Positions 1-8,760 of a stretch of 42,650 nucleotides of DNA are shown in pieces. The notes under the pieces are model-generated. The model ran no database searches, was not told the origin of the DNA, and saw only the letters and a program-made list of their open reading frames with translations. The position numbers and the translations under genes are program-made. Location: the NCBI GenBank assembly GCA_033549025.1, contig JAWSUS010000025.1:1-42650 (forward strand), written 5' to 3'. Position 1 is the stretch's first letter; every line of letters begins with the position of its first letter. Origin of the DNA: Desulfuromonadales bacterium. Its GTDB lineage: Bacteria > Desulfobacterota > Desulfuromonadia > Desulfuromonadales > SZUA-540.

Positions 1-43
1 CTATTGAACCCGAAATGGCCACCTGAGTTTTTACGATGCCATC

Positions 44-483
44 AAGAAAAGGAACCAAAAGAAACGCTTTTATTTCTTGTGCCTTGTGGCGGTGCTGCGT
101 GGAAGCGCTGGCTCATTTGATACGCTGTAGTGCTCCGTGGCACCTGAAAGCGAAAGGCCCCATTGAGAAACAAGTTTCTCAAATGGGTTAACTTGGATGC
201 GCGGTTTGTTATAGGCAGGACACTGCGGGGATCAGGCATTATAAAACCGGATGTGACTGGCAGCTCAGAGCAATGGGTGCAGGGCCGGCCCAATTTAACC
301 CGTGTGAACGAAGTGAGCCGGGGCCTTTCGCCCTTCCTTGAATCGAAGTCGAGCCGTTCTTGATATGCGACGAGATTCAAAAGGGGCACCAACCCCGTCA
401 AAAGCAATAAAAAAGCCGCTTTTTGCCTCCTTTTTGTCGGCTTTAACAAAAAGGAGGTCGCCTGCCGGGGCGAGTCCCGGCGG
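44..483 (+). repeat. Highly structured non-coding element (MITE/REP-like repeat or large structured RNA)
   Basis: Nested inverted repeats read directly: 91-99/136-144, 150-161/320-331 (perfect 12 bp), 163-171/174-182, 183-196/290-303, 202-207/244-249, 338-344/374-380, 426-437/446-457 (perfect 12 bp), 464-469/476-481. No credible ORF. Confidence 0.6.
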
Positions 484-498
484 TCTTAACCCAACAAC

Positions 499-532
499 AA
501 AAAAAAGGCCGAACCCTTTGCAGAGTCCGGCC
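499..532 (-). terminator. Rho-independent terminator of porin gene
   Basis: Minus strand GGCCGGACTCT-GCAA-AGGGTTCGGCC followed by T8, 34 nt after the porin stop. Confidence 0.9.
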
Positions 533-566
533 CAATACCCTCGAAAGATCGAAAGAGTAGAAGGAG

Positions 567-1808
567 CTAGAAAATCACCTGAGCCTGCAGCCGAAACAGA
601 TTTTCATCGCTGTTCGCACTGCGGTCATCCTCGATCAGGCTGTAATCGGCCTGCACTTTGAGATTGTGCTTGTCGAAATAGTAGTTGACACCCAGGGTGG
701 TTTCGTTCTTCTCGAACTTGGTGTAGGCAGCTGTATCGGTCGACTCAATGGCCGAGTAGCGGGCGGCCACCTCAAGCTGTTTGGGCAGAATCTGGTAGCC
801 GGCCTGAATGTAGTAGCCATCCGCATCCCAGTCCGCCCCGACCTTGGGGTCGGTGTTGAGGGTAAAGTACTCGCTGCCGAAGGTCAGGCCGCTGTACTTG
901 GCGTGGAGGTTCAGGGTGTAGAGGGTCCAGTCGAGCTCCTCACCAAAAGCGGCGGTGAAGATGGCCGGGTCGTTAATACCGTCGATGTTCAGGGCCTTGT
1001 CGAGGGTGTCGTTGCTGCCGTCGATCTCGCCCATATCGTTGCCGCTCATGGTTTCGGTGGCGAAAGAAGCACCGATGTTGACCAGCAGCTTCTTCTCGTT
1101 GAAGGAGGGCTCGTCCATTTTGAAGGCGCCGAAGGGGTTGATGTCGAGGCGGCCCGCCAGCATGTGGTTGTCGTCGGGGTTGCTCTGGTTGGGGCCGTTG
1201 CCGTTGAAGACGCCCAGGCGGTATTCAAGACGCTTGTCCATGAATTGGCCGGAAGCCTGCAGGCCGAGGTCGTAGCCGAGGTTAAAGGTTTCGTTGGCCA
1301 GGGAGCGGTCGACGAAGAGCTGGCTGCCGGAAGAAGTCAGCTCCTGACGGCCCTGGGCCGGCTTGAACTGGCCGATGCTGAGGCTGAAGGGATCGGCGAC
1401 CTTGTACTTGAAGTAAGCGTCTTCGAGAACGGAGTCGCCGCCGCCGAAATTCTGCTGCCACTTGTAGGTGAGGTTCTTGGAAAAGACGTTGCCCTGCAGC
1501 CAGAACTTCATGCGGCGGATGCGGAAGTTGCTCTCGGTGTCCTCGGCCCCGTCGACGTCGAGATTTTCGTAACGGGCCTGCAGACGTCCCCCAACCTGGG
1601 CTTTGTAGCGGCCGTCCTCGGTCTGCACCGTAATGCCCTTACCGGGTTGGTAGGTAGTCAGGTCGCTGTGTTTGGTCGCTTCTTTGTAGTCTTCTTCGGT
1701 GATGACGCCTTTGTCCTTGAGAATCTCTTCAAGGGTTTTGGCCTGGACGTTACTGCAAAGGCCGAACATGGCGGCAGCCATAAGGGCGGTGGTCATAAAG
1801 CGCTTCAT
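567..1808 (-). CDS. Phosphate-selective porin OprO/OprP family outer-membrane protein
   Basis: Signal peptide MKRFMTTALMAAAMFGLCSNVQA, AGGAGG RBS, F-R-I-R-R motif, GQFK...QE...SS motif, beta-strand pattern, C-terminal Phe (RLQAQVIF). Confidence 0.85.
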   Translation of the reverse strand: MKRFMTTALMAAAMFGLCSNVQAKTLEEILKDKGVITEEDYKEATKHSDLTTYQPGKGITVQTEDGRYKAQVGGRLQARYENLDVDGAEDTESNFRIRRMKFWLQGNVFSKNLTYKWQQNFGGGDSVLEDAYFKYKVADPFSLSIGQFKPAQGRQELTSSGSQLFVDRSLANETFNLGYDLGLQASGQFMDKRLEYRLGVFNGNGPNQSNPDDNHMLAGRLDINPFGAFKMDEPSFNEKKLLVNIGASFATETMSGNDMGEIDGSNDTLDKALNIDGINDPAIFTAAFGEELDWTLYTLNLHAKYSGLTFGSEYFTLNTDPKVGADWDADGYYIQAGYQILPKQLEVAARYSAIESTDTAAYTKFEKNETTLGVNYYFDKHNLKVQADYSLIEDDRSANSDENLFRLQAQVIF

Positions 1809-1946
1809 TTTTTTCCTCCTGATGCTGTTTTCATAGGGATGATGATCGCTGCCCCGGTGGGGCAAGACAAATAGACGTGGAAAAACGGCGAGTGCTTCCC
1901 TCCTTTCCTCGTGATGAATCGTGGGTCGATACTTTACGGCCAGATG

Positions 1947-2168
1947 TCAGCGTGAACTGACGTCGACGGCGGGTGTGTAGCCAAGCGAGCGGCTCTGTCG
2001 CAGCATCCGGGCCAAAAAGATGCCGCAGAGATCGTAGTCCTCGGTTTCACAGAGACGGCGGCGATCGCCAGTGATGGGCAAGCCGTTAAAGGCAGCCAGG
2101 CAGCGGGCAGGCGCCGTGCCGAGGTGCGGGCAGGTGGACTCAAAAAATGGCTGGGTTTTGTTTGGCAT
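1947..2168 (-). CDS. Small Cys-containing hypothetical protein (73 aa)
   Basis: ATG at 2168 with GGAG RBS; four Cys (CPH..C..C.TEDYDLC); co-oriented with the porin. Confidence 0.6.
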   Translation of the reverse strand: MPNKTQPFFESTCPHLGTAPARCLAAFNGLPITGDRRRLCETEDYDLCGIFLARMLRQSRSLGYTPAVDVSSR

Positions 2169-2205
2169 TGTGACAGGCTCCTGTGTCGTTGAACGATGTG
2201 AGGGA

Positions 2206-2260
2206 ACCTTAAAGGGAGGATGTTGGCGTTTCGTTGGCAATCGATTAGAATTCTGTGAGA
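2206..2260 (-). promoter_or_regulatory. Pho-box-like 11-bp-period direct repeats plus -10 element
   Basis: Minus strand TCTCACA-gaat-TCTAATC-gatt-GCCAACG-aaac-GCCAACA, then 9 nt, then TAAGGT; upstream of the phosphate-porin unit. Confidence 0.45.
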
Positions 2261-2377
2261 CCGCCAGTTGTGAACGGAAGGATTGGCCCCGAGATTTTTC
2301 CTTGCCGCTCGCGGTTAAAAAGTGTACCCCTAGGGTCCTGAACGTCAACAGGACGACCTAAACATCAAGGAGACCCC

Positions 2378-3541
2378 ATGGGAATTTTGTCCAATACCGT
2401 CAGCGTCTGCCAATATCAGGTTCTTGGCGAGGTGCCGGCGGATGATTTTTTTGCCTGGTCCGGCGAATGTCTGGCCGCCAATGCCTTTCATCCCATCGAA
2501 CAGACGAGCGAAGAGCTTTCCGTCGGCTGGGTGCATCTTGCTGACCCCAAGGAGCAGGATTTCTCCTCTGACCAGATCTTTCGTCGCGACCATTATCTGG
2601 TCTTCAGTCTGCGCCGCGATCAGCGCCGGGTGCCTGCGGCGCTCATGCGGGCTCACCTGGAACAGGCCCAGAACGATTTTCTCGCCGCCCATCCAGGCCT
2701 GCAGCGGGTGGGCAAACAGAAGAAGGAAGAGCTGCGCGAAGCGGTGCGTGGAGCGCTCCTGGCCCGCACCCTGCCCATCCCCGCGGTCTACGATGCCGTC
2801 TGGGATACCCGCAACAACCTGCTCACCTTCACCAGTCTCAGTCCCAAGGTGACGGAGCTTTTTGAAGGCCTGTTCAAGCAGACCTTCACGGGTCTGCGTC
2901 TGGTCGCCCTGCACCCCATGGCGCGGGCGGCCCAGGTTATTCCCGAAGCTTTGCAGCCTGCCTTGCAGCAGGCCAATCGGGCCACCACCGAGGCCGTACT
3001 GGAACAGATCCAGCAGAACGCCTGGTTGGGGAGCGACTTTCTGCGCTGGCTGCTCTATCAGACCCTGGAGAGTCCATCCACCTATCAGGTCAATCAGCCC
3101 GGGCCGGCCGTCGGGGGAGAACCCTTCGTCGCCACCCTCAACGACCGCCTGGTGCTTCTCGGCGGTACGGAAGGCGGTCTGCAGAAGATTACCGTGGCCG
3201 GCCCTCAGGATCATTTCGGGGAAGTGCGGGTGGCCCTGCAGCATGACAAGCAGATCATCGAAGCCAACCTCACCATGGAGAAGCAGGAACACGCCTGGAA
3301 GATGACCTTCAAGGCCGGACTCTTTCACTTTGCCGGTTACAAGGCGCCGGCCGTCAAGCTGGAGAAGGATGCCCTCACCGACGCCGACAGCGAAAAAGAG
3401 GCGCTTTTCTATGAGCGCATGTTTGTAGTGGAAGAGGGCCTGCAGCTCTTCGACAGCCTGCTGGCTACCTTTCTGGAGCAGCGCTTGGGGGATTGGGCCG
3501 GTATGGAAAAGCATATCACCGAGTGGTTGGAGCAAGCCTAG
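2378..3541 (+). CDS. rdgC: Recombination-associated protein RdgC family
   Basis: AGGAG RBS; S.GWV, LRRD.RRVPAA, K..K.ELRE.V...LL.RTLP.P motifs typical of RdgC. Confidence 0.75.
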   Translation: MGILSNTVSVCQYQVLGEVPADDFFAWSGECLAANAFHPIEQTSEELSVGWVHLADPKEQDFSSDQIFRRDHYLVFSLRRDQRRVPAALMRAHLEQAQNDFLAAHPGLQRVGKQKKEELREAVRGALLARTLPIPAVYDAVWDTRNNLLTFTSLSPKVTELFEGLFKQTFTGLRLVALHPMARAAQVIPEALQPALQQANRATTEAVLEQIQQNAWLGSDFLRWLLYQTLESPSTYQVNQPGPAVGGEPFVATLNDRLVLLGGTEGGLQKITVAGPQDHFGEVRVALQHDKQIIEANLTMEKQEHAWKMTFKAGLFHFAGYKAPAVKLEKDALTDADSEKEALFYERMFVVEEGLQLFDSLLATFLEQRLGDWAGMEKHITEWLEQA

Positions 3542-3586
3542 ACGGCATGAGCTGAAGCGGGTTGCTGGTCTCGAAAGGGGGGGGCG

Positions 3587-3958
3587 ATGGGCGAGTACGA
3601 GCCGGGAGGAAAACTGGAAAGGCGTCGAAAGCCGGACCTTGTCTGGCGGGCGGCCCGCTGGCTGGCGGTGGCGGGGTGGGCTGCCATGGTGGCGGCGGTG
3701 CTGCTGCTGGCGCAGGCTAAACCGCCGACGGAGACCTTTTTCGACCGCTACTTCGGCGTTCCCCTGCGTTCCTGGTGGGATACCTCGCTGACCCCCTACA
3801 TTTTTTACTTCATGGTCCTGGGTCTGGCGGTCAGTCTGGCCGGACTTCTCTTCAATTTTCTGCGCCGTCGCCGCCGGGATGACGAACTCCTGGTGTCGCT
3901 GGTCCTGCTGGCCGTCCTATCCCTGCTGGGACTCATTCAATATCTGCGTTTTTTCTGA
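3587..3958 (+). CDS. Hypothetical membrane protein (about 3 TM helices)
   Basis: Three hydrophobic segments, G-rich RBS, co-oriented with rdgC. Confidence 0.7.
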   Translation: MGEYEPGGKLERRRKPDLVWRAARWLAVAGWAAMVAAVLLLAQAKPPTETFFDRYFGVPLRSWWDTSLTPYIFYFMVLGLAVSLAGLLFNFLRRRRRDDELLVSLVLLAVLSLLGLIQYLRFF

Positions 3959-3986
3959 GCCGCAGGCACCCGACTTCCCTGATTTG

Positions 3987-6056
3987 TCAGCCCAGACCGA
4001 AGCGCTGCTGCACCTCGGGGGGCGCGTCCTCGAAGCGGGAGAACTCCATGGTGAAAGTGCCCCGGCCTTTGGTGGCGCTACGCAGTTCGGTCATGTAGCC
4101 GAACATCTCGGCCAGGGGCACCTGGGCGTGGACCACTTCGACGTCGCCGCGGGAGGTCATGCCTTCGATGCGGCCCCGCTTCTGCTGCAGGGTACCGAAG
4201 ACCTTGCCGGCATATTCGGCGGGAACGGTCAGCTCCAGGCCCATAAGGGGTTCCAGCAGCATGACGCCCGCCTCGCGACCGGCCAGCGCCAGACCTTTCT
4301 GGGCGGCGGCCTGCAGACCCAGCGGCGTGGTCAGGTTGGGGATGTAGGGGGTTTCCACGACGACGATTTCCAGGTCGGTGATGGGATAGCCCGTGCGGAG
4401 GCCAGAGGCACAGCTCTGTTTCAGGCTGTCCTGCAGCAGGTGGCGCAGTTCCACTGGCAGAGGCCAGTTTTCCTCCGCCGGCAGCGTAAAGCGCAGCCCG
4501 GCGCCGCGTGCGAGCGGCTGCAGGCGTAGGAGAATCTCCCCCCGTTGCAGCTTGCCGTCCACTTCCCGTTCAAAAATTTCCCGCCGCTCGATGCCTTTCT
4601 TCAGCGTTTCCCGGTAGACCACCTGGGGGCGTCCGGTCTTGACCTGTACCCCGAAATCGCGCTTGAGCCGTTCCGTCAAAACTTCCAGATGCAGTTCCCC
4701 CATGCCGGTGAGGATAGTCTGCCCGGTTTCGGCGTCCTCGCGTACACGGAAGGTGGGATCTTCCCATTGCAGTTTGGCCAGGCAGGGAAAGAGCTTTTCC
4801 CTGTCGTCCAGCCCATGGGGTTCCACCGCCAGAGAGACGACCGGTTCGGGGATGGAGAGGCCGGCCAGCAACAGGGGGTGAGTCGGGTCGCACAGGGTGT
4901 CGCCGGTGAGGGCGTCCTTCAGGCCGGTGGCCGCGACGATATCGCCGGCCTGGGCGCTGTCCAGGCGTTCGCGTTTGTGGGCGTGCATGCGAAAGAGGCG
5001 GGCGACCTTCTCGGTGCTGTGACGGTTGCTGTTGAACAGGGTGTCGCCCGGTTTCAGCGTGCCGGCGTAGAGTCGCAGATAGGTGAGCTTGCGCCCTTCA
5101 TCGGCGAGGACTTTGAAAGCCAGGGCGCAGAGCGGGGCCTGGGGATCGCAGAAGACCGTACTGGACTCTTCGGGTTTCTCCGGATGGTGCGCCAGGGCCG
5201 GGGGGGCTTCGAGGGGGGAGGGGAGGAACTGCCCCACGGCGTCGAGCAGCGGCTGGATGCCTTTGTTGCGCAGGGCGCTGCCGAGAAAGACGGGGAAAAG
5301 ACGTCCGCTCAGGGTGCCCTGACGCAGGGCGGCAGTCAGGCGCTCGGCCGTGACGGACTGACCTTCGAGAAAATCGGCCAGAATGGTGTCGTCGAAATCG
5401 GCCGCGGCCTCGACGATCTTTTCCCGCGCCGCCGCCACCTCGGCCGCCAGCTCGGCGGGGACGGGTTTTTCCTCGACGGTGCGCCCCTGATCCTCCTCCG
5501 GGAAGGTCAAAAGACGGTCGCCCAGAATGTCGATGACCCCGTGGAATTCCGTTTCAAAACCGAGGGGGAGCTGCATCAGCACGGGCCTGGCGACCAGCTG
5601 GTTTTCCATCTGCGCCAGTACCTGCCGGTAGTCGGCGCCGATGCGGTCCATCTTGTTGATGAGGCAGATGCGAGGGACGTGGTAGCTGTTGGCCTGCCGC
5701 CACACCGATTCGCTTTGGGGCTGCACCCCCTCGACGGCGCTGAAGATGGCCAGCGCGCCGTCCAGCGCGCGCAGGGAGCGCTCGACTTCGATGGTGAAAT
5801 CGATGTGGCCGGGCGTGTCGATGAGGTTGATCCAGAGGTCTTTCCAGTGGCAGGTGGTGCTGGTGGCGGTGATGGTGATCCCCCGCTCCTGCTCCTGGTC
5901 CATCCAGTCCATGCTGGCGGCGCCTTCGTGGACTTCGCCCATCTTGTGGATTTCGCCGGTGTAGAAGAGAATGCGTTCCGACACCGTGGTCTTGCCGGCG
6001 TCGATGTGGGAGATGATGCCGAGGTTGCGTATTGAGGATAATTTCGGTGTGTTCAT
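3987..6056 (-). CDS. fusA: Elongation factor G paralog (outside the str operon)
   Basis: [36 protein letters not shown] and LRSAT.GRG motifs; 689 aa. Confidence 0.95.
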   Translation of the reverse strand: MNTPKLSSIRNLGIISHIDAGKTTVSERILFYTGEIHKMGEVHEGAASMDWMDQEQERGITITATSTTCHWKDLWINLIDTPGHIDFTIEVERSLRALDGALAIFSAVEGVQPQSESVWRQANSYHVPRICLINKMDRIGADYRQVLAQMENQLVARPVLMQLPLGFETEFHGVIDILGDRLLTFPEEDQGRTVEEKPVPAELAAEVAAAREKIVEAAADFDDTILADFLEGQSVTAERLTAALRQGTLSGRLFPVFLGSALRNKGIQPLLDAVGQFLPSPLEAPPALAHHPEKPEESSTVFCDPQAPLCALAFKVLADEGRKLTYLRLYAGTLKPGDTLFNSNRHSTEKVARLFRMHAHKRERLDSAQAGDIVAATGLKDALTGDTLCDPTHPLLLAGLSIPEPVVSLAVEPHGLDDREKLFPCLAKLQWEDPTFRVREDAETGQTILTGMGELHLEVLTERLKRDFGVQVKTGRPQVVYRETLKKGIERREIFEREVDGKLQRGEILLRLQPLARGAGLRFTLPAEENWPLPVELRHLLQDSLKQSCASGLRTGYPITDLEIVVVETPYIPNLTTPLGLQAAAQKGLALAGREAGVMLLEPLMGLELTVPAEYAGKVFGTLQQKRGRIEGMTSRGDVEVVHAQVPLAEMFGYMTELRSATKGRGTFTMEFSRFEDAPPEVQQRFGLG

Positions 6057-6084
6057 GATCCCCCCGTCGGCAGGCTCACCTCGA

Positions 6085-7911
6085 TCAGCCGTTCAGGCCC
6101 TTGCGGATCTGATAGAGGTCCTCCATGTCCAGATTGTTCAGTTCGAAGTATTCCCGCTCCAGTTCTTCCACATAGAAGCGGTCCAGTCCGCTGTTGTCGA
6201 GAAAATCCTCCCGCAGGGCCGCATCCCGGGTGGAGATGATGCCCGGCAGCAGGTTGTGCAGGTAGATGGCTTCCTTTTTGATGTTGACCACGACGTCCTG
6301 GAAGAGATCCTCCGGGATATCCTCCGTGATCAATCCCTTGGCGTGCAGTTCTTCGGCGATCTCGCTGCGCAGGGTTTCCTGCTCGGCCCGGGTGTTGTAG
6401 CGCGAGTAGAAGTTGCGGATCCGCTCCTTGACGTGGGCCAGCAGCATGCCGTAAAGGCGTTCCTGGTTGGCAATGTCGGTCAGGCGCTGCTGCAGGGCTT
6501 TCACCGTCAGGCGCCCTTCCTCGATGGCCGCCAGCCCTTCCTGCAGGCAGAGAATCTTTTTGCGGCCAAACTGCCCGAGATATTTGTTCTCCAGAATGCC
6601 CTTGAAGAAAAGCTCGGCGAACAGAGTCGGGTCCAGCTCGGCGAAAGCCTTTTTGTCCCCCAGCAGGCTGCGGATGGCCGCTTCGGACAGGGTGACGTTC
6701 TCCATGAAGGAGAGTTCGTTGATGTTGGCCGAAGCGTTGTCGTAGCGGTCGAAGTAGGTGACGATATAGGAAAAGCTTTCGAGCAGGGAGGTGTCCGCCC
6801 CGTCGCGGGTCTTTTCGTCGCAGGCCTTGCCCGTCTCCAGCAGAATCTGCTCGAATGTGTGGTCGCGGTTTTCGCTGGCCTTTCTTTTGGCGTGCAGCAG
6901 GTTGATCATGTCCAGGGTGTCGATACTGGCGTCGATCTGCTGTTCCTGGAAAAAGATGCCTTCGAGAATCTGGCGGGTGGCGGAGATGTAGTCCTGCTCG
7001 TTGAGGTCGACCAGCTTGTCGTGCTTGAGCATGCCGTCGAGGGTGTAAAAAAGGGCCTCGGGGATCTTGTTGCGGACCGACAGGGTTTTGAGGCGGGTCA
7101 GGCGGGCGTTCTCCAGGGTGCTGATGGTCCCCTTGCGATTGCAGTCGATGAGGATGTTGCGGTATTCGTCGACAATGCGGCGGTTGCCGGGGCTCTTGTA
7201 CATGACGTCGATGCGGATGCGCTCCTGCTGGTAGCGGTCGATGTCCAGCTCGGCCGCCATCGCCTGCAGACGGTTGAATTCGACATCGGGGATGGCGCGA
7301 TAGCGCTCGTAGAGCTCCCGGAAGGCGTCATGGTAGATGCGGTGTTTCTTATGAATCAGCTTGAGGAGGTAGAGGGTGCTGCGGTGACCGAGCAGGCCAA
7401 AAATTTCGTCGACGAGAAAGGCGTCATCCCCGGTGCCGACATGGTCGCTGCGTTTGAGCAGCTTGCCGAGCAGGCGCACGATGCCTTCCTGCTGCTCGCG
7501 CAGAGAACCGGAAACGGAGCCGCTGAGAAAAAAGAAATAATTGAGAACGGCATTGCCTTCAAAAAAGACGCGTTCGTAGCTTTGACTGCCTTCGGTGTGG
7601 CTGGTGAATTGGAGCGAACCGTTCGCTTCGTTGGTGGCGCCGTAGAGGACCAGACGGTTGCGGATGTCGCCTTTGACCAAGTCGGCCATGGGCTGGTCGA
7701 CGCCGAACATGTACTCGCAGAAAGAACCGCCGTTGCCCCGATGGGTGATGCGGGTGTCATCCAGTACAATCTCGTTTCCCGGTGAGAAAATGCGCAGGGC
7801 ATCCGGGGTGTTCTCAAAGAAATAGGATCGATAGGCCTGCCGGGAGGCGACCGTGGCGAAATATTCGATGCTGTCGTTGATGTGTCCGTGCAGCCGGATT
7901 TCCTGATGCAT
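6085..7911 (-). CDS. TIGR04442-like deltaproteobacterial protein of unknown function
   Basis: N-terminus MHQEIRLHG...[30 protein letters not shown] and [20 protein letters not shown] motifs recalled as this family; start set to the ATG at 7911. Confidence 0.75.
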   Translation of the reverse strand: MHQEIRLHGHINDSIEYFATVASRQAYRSYFFENTPDALRIFSPGNEIVLDDTRITHRGNGGSFCEYMFGVDQPMADLVKGDIRNRLVLYGATNEANGSLQFTSHTEGSQSYERVFFEGNAVLNYFFFLSGSVSGSLREQQEGIVRLLGKLLKRSDHVGTGDDAFLVDEIFGLLGHRSTLYLLKLIHKKHRIYHDAFRELYERYRAIPDVEFNRLQAMAAELDIDRYQQERIRIDVMYKSPGNRRIVDEYRNILIDCNRKGTISTLENARLTRLKTLSVRNKIPEALFYTLDGMLKHDKLVDLNEQDYISATRQILEGIFFQEQQIDASIDTLDMINLLHAKRKASENRDHTFEQILLETGKACDEKTRDGADTSLLESFSYIVTYFDRYDNASANINELSFMENVTLSEAAIRSLLGDKKAFAELDPTLFAELFFKGILENKYLGQFGRKKILCLQEGLAAIEEGRLTVKALQQRLTDIANQERLYGMLLAHVKERIRNFYSRYNTRAEQETLRSEIAEELHAKGLITEDIPEDLFQDVVVNIKKEAIYLHNLLPGIISTRDAALREDFLDNSGLDRFYVEELEREYFELNNLDMEDLYQIRKGLNG

Positions 7912-7977
7912 ACCTGCCCCGATCCAAAAAGAATTCACATCATTAAAGCGCAATCAAGGGGACGATGCAAGCGTGCT

Positions 7978-8760
7978 TCAGGGTAAAACGAGGTTGAGGC
8001 GCAGACCGTCATAGGCGAATTCGGTTCCCTCGGGCAGTCGGGCGCTGTCGCGGACGTGCTCGACATCGTGGCTCAGGTGGGTGAGGAGGGTGCGCCTGGG
8101 GCCGAGACGTGCCGCGGCTTCAAGTGCCTGGGGAATATTGAAATGCGTGCCATGGGGACGGAAGCGAAGGGCGTCGATGATGAGGACTTCAATGCCGGCC
8201 AGCAGTTCTTCCGTGGCCGCCGGTATGGCGTGGCAGTCGGTGAGATAAGCCAGCGGGCCGATGCGATAGCCCAGCGACTCACCTGAACCGTGGCGCAGCG
8301 GCAGTGGTGTGACGAGCTGGCCGAAGAGTTCGAAGGGGCCGTGAATTTCGCGGGGCAGCAACCGGGGGCGATAGCCGGGCTCCGGGTTGTCGTCAAAGAT
8401 ATAGCTGAAGGAGCGGTGCAGTCTTCCCAAACAGGCCGGCGAACCATAGATGGGGATGGGTTCGCCGGACAAGCTGTTGAAGGGACGCAGGTCGTCGATG
8501 CCGTTGACATGGTCGGCGTGCGTGTGGGTGAAGAGGACCGCATCGATTCGGGCGAGTTCTTCGCGCAGAACCTGCTGACGCAGGTCGGTGGCGGTGTCGA
8601 TGAGGACATTCCTGTCGCCGTAGGAAAGCAGGGCGCTGCAGCGGGTCCGCCTGTTGCGGGGGTCGTGGGACCGGCACACTTCACACCGGCAACCGGGAAC
8701 GGGAACGCCGGAGCTGGTTCCCGAACCGAGAATGGTGAAAGTGAGGTCGACCCGGCTCAT
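7978..8760 (-). CDS. MBL-fold metallo-hydrolase (PhnP-like)
   Basis: ILGSGTS.GVP..GC.C.VC.S, TH.HADH..GIDDLR, AYLTD and THLSH motifs. Confidence 0.92.
   Translation of the reverse strand: MSRVDLTFTILGSGTSSGVPVPGCRCEVCRSHDPRNRRTRCSALLSYGDRNVLIDTATDLRQQVLREELARIDAVLFTHTHADHVNGIDDLRPFNSLSGEPIPIYGSPACLGRLHRSFSYIFDDNPEPGYRPRLLPREIHGPFELFGQLVTPLPLRHGSGESLGYRIGPLAYLTDCHAIPAATEELLAGIEVLIIDALRFRPHGTHFNIPQALEAAARLGPRRTLLTHLSHDVEHVRDSARLPEGTEFAYDGLRLNLVLP

Noticed and set aside
42..661. ORFs 42-449, 163-363 and 338-661
   Set aside because: No RBS or motifs; the region is better explained by palindromic structure and a terminator
666..7785. Long antisense ORFs 666-1874, 2345-3535, 4545-6035 and 5971-7785
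   Set aside because: Opposite to well-supported genes, typical of high-GC codon bias, with no family motifs
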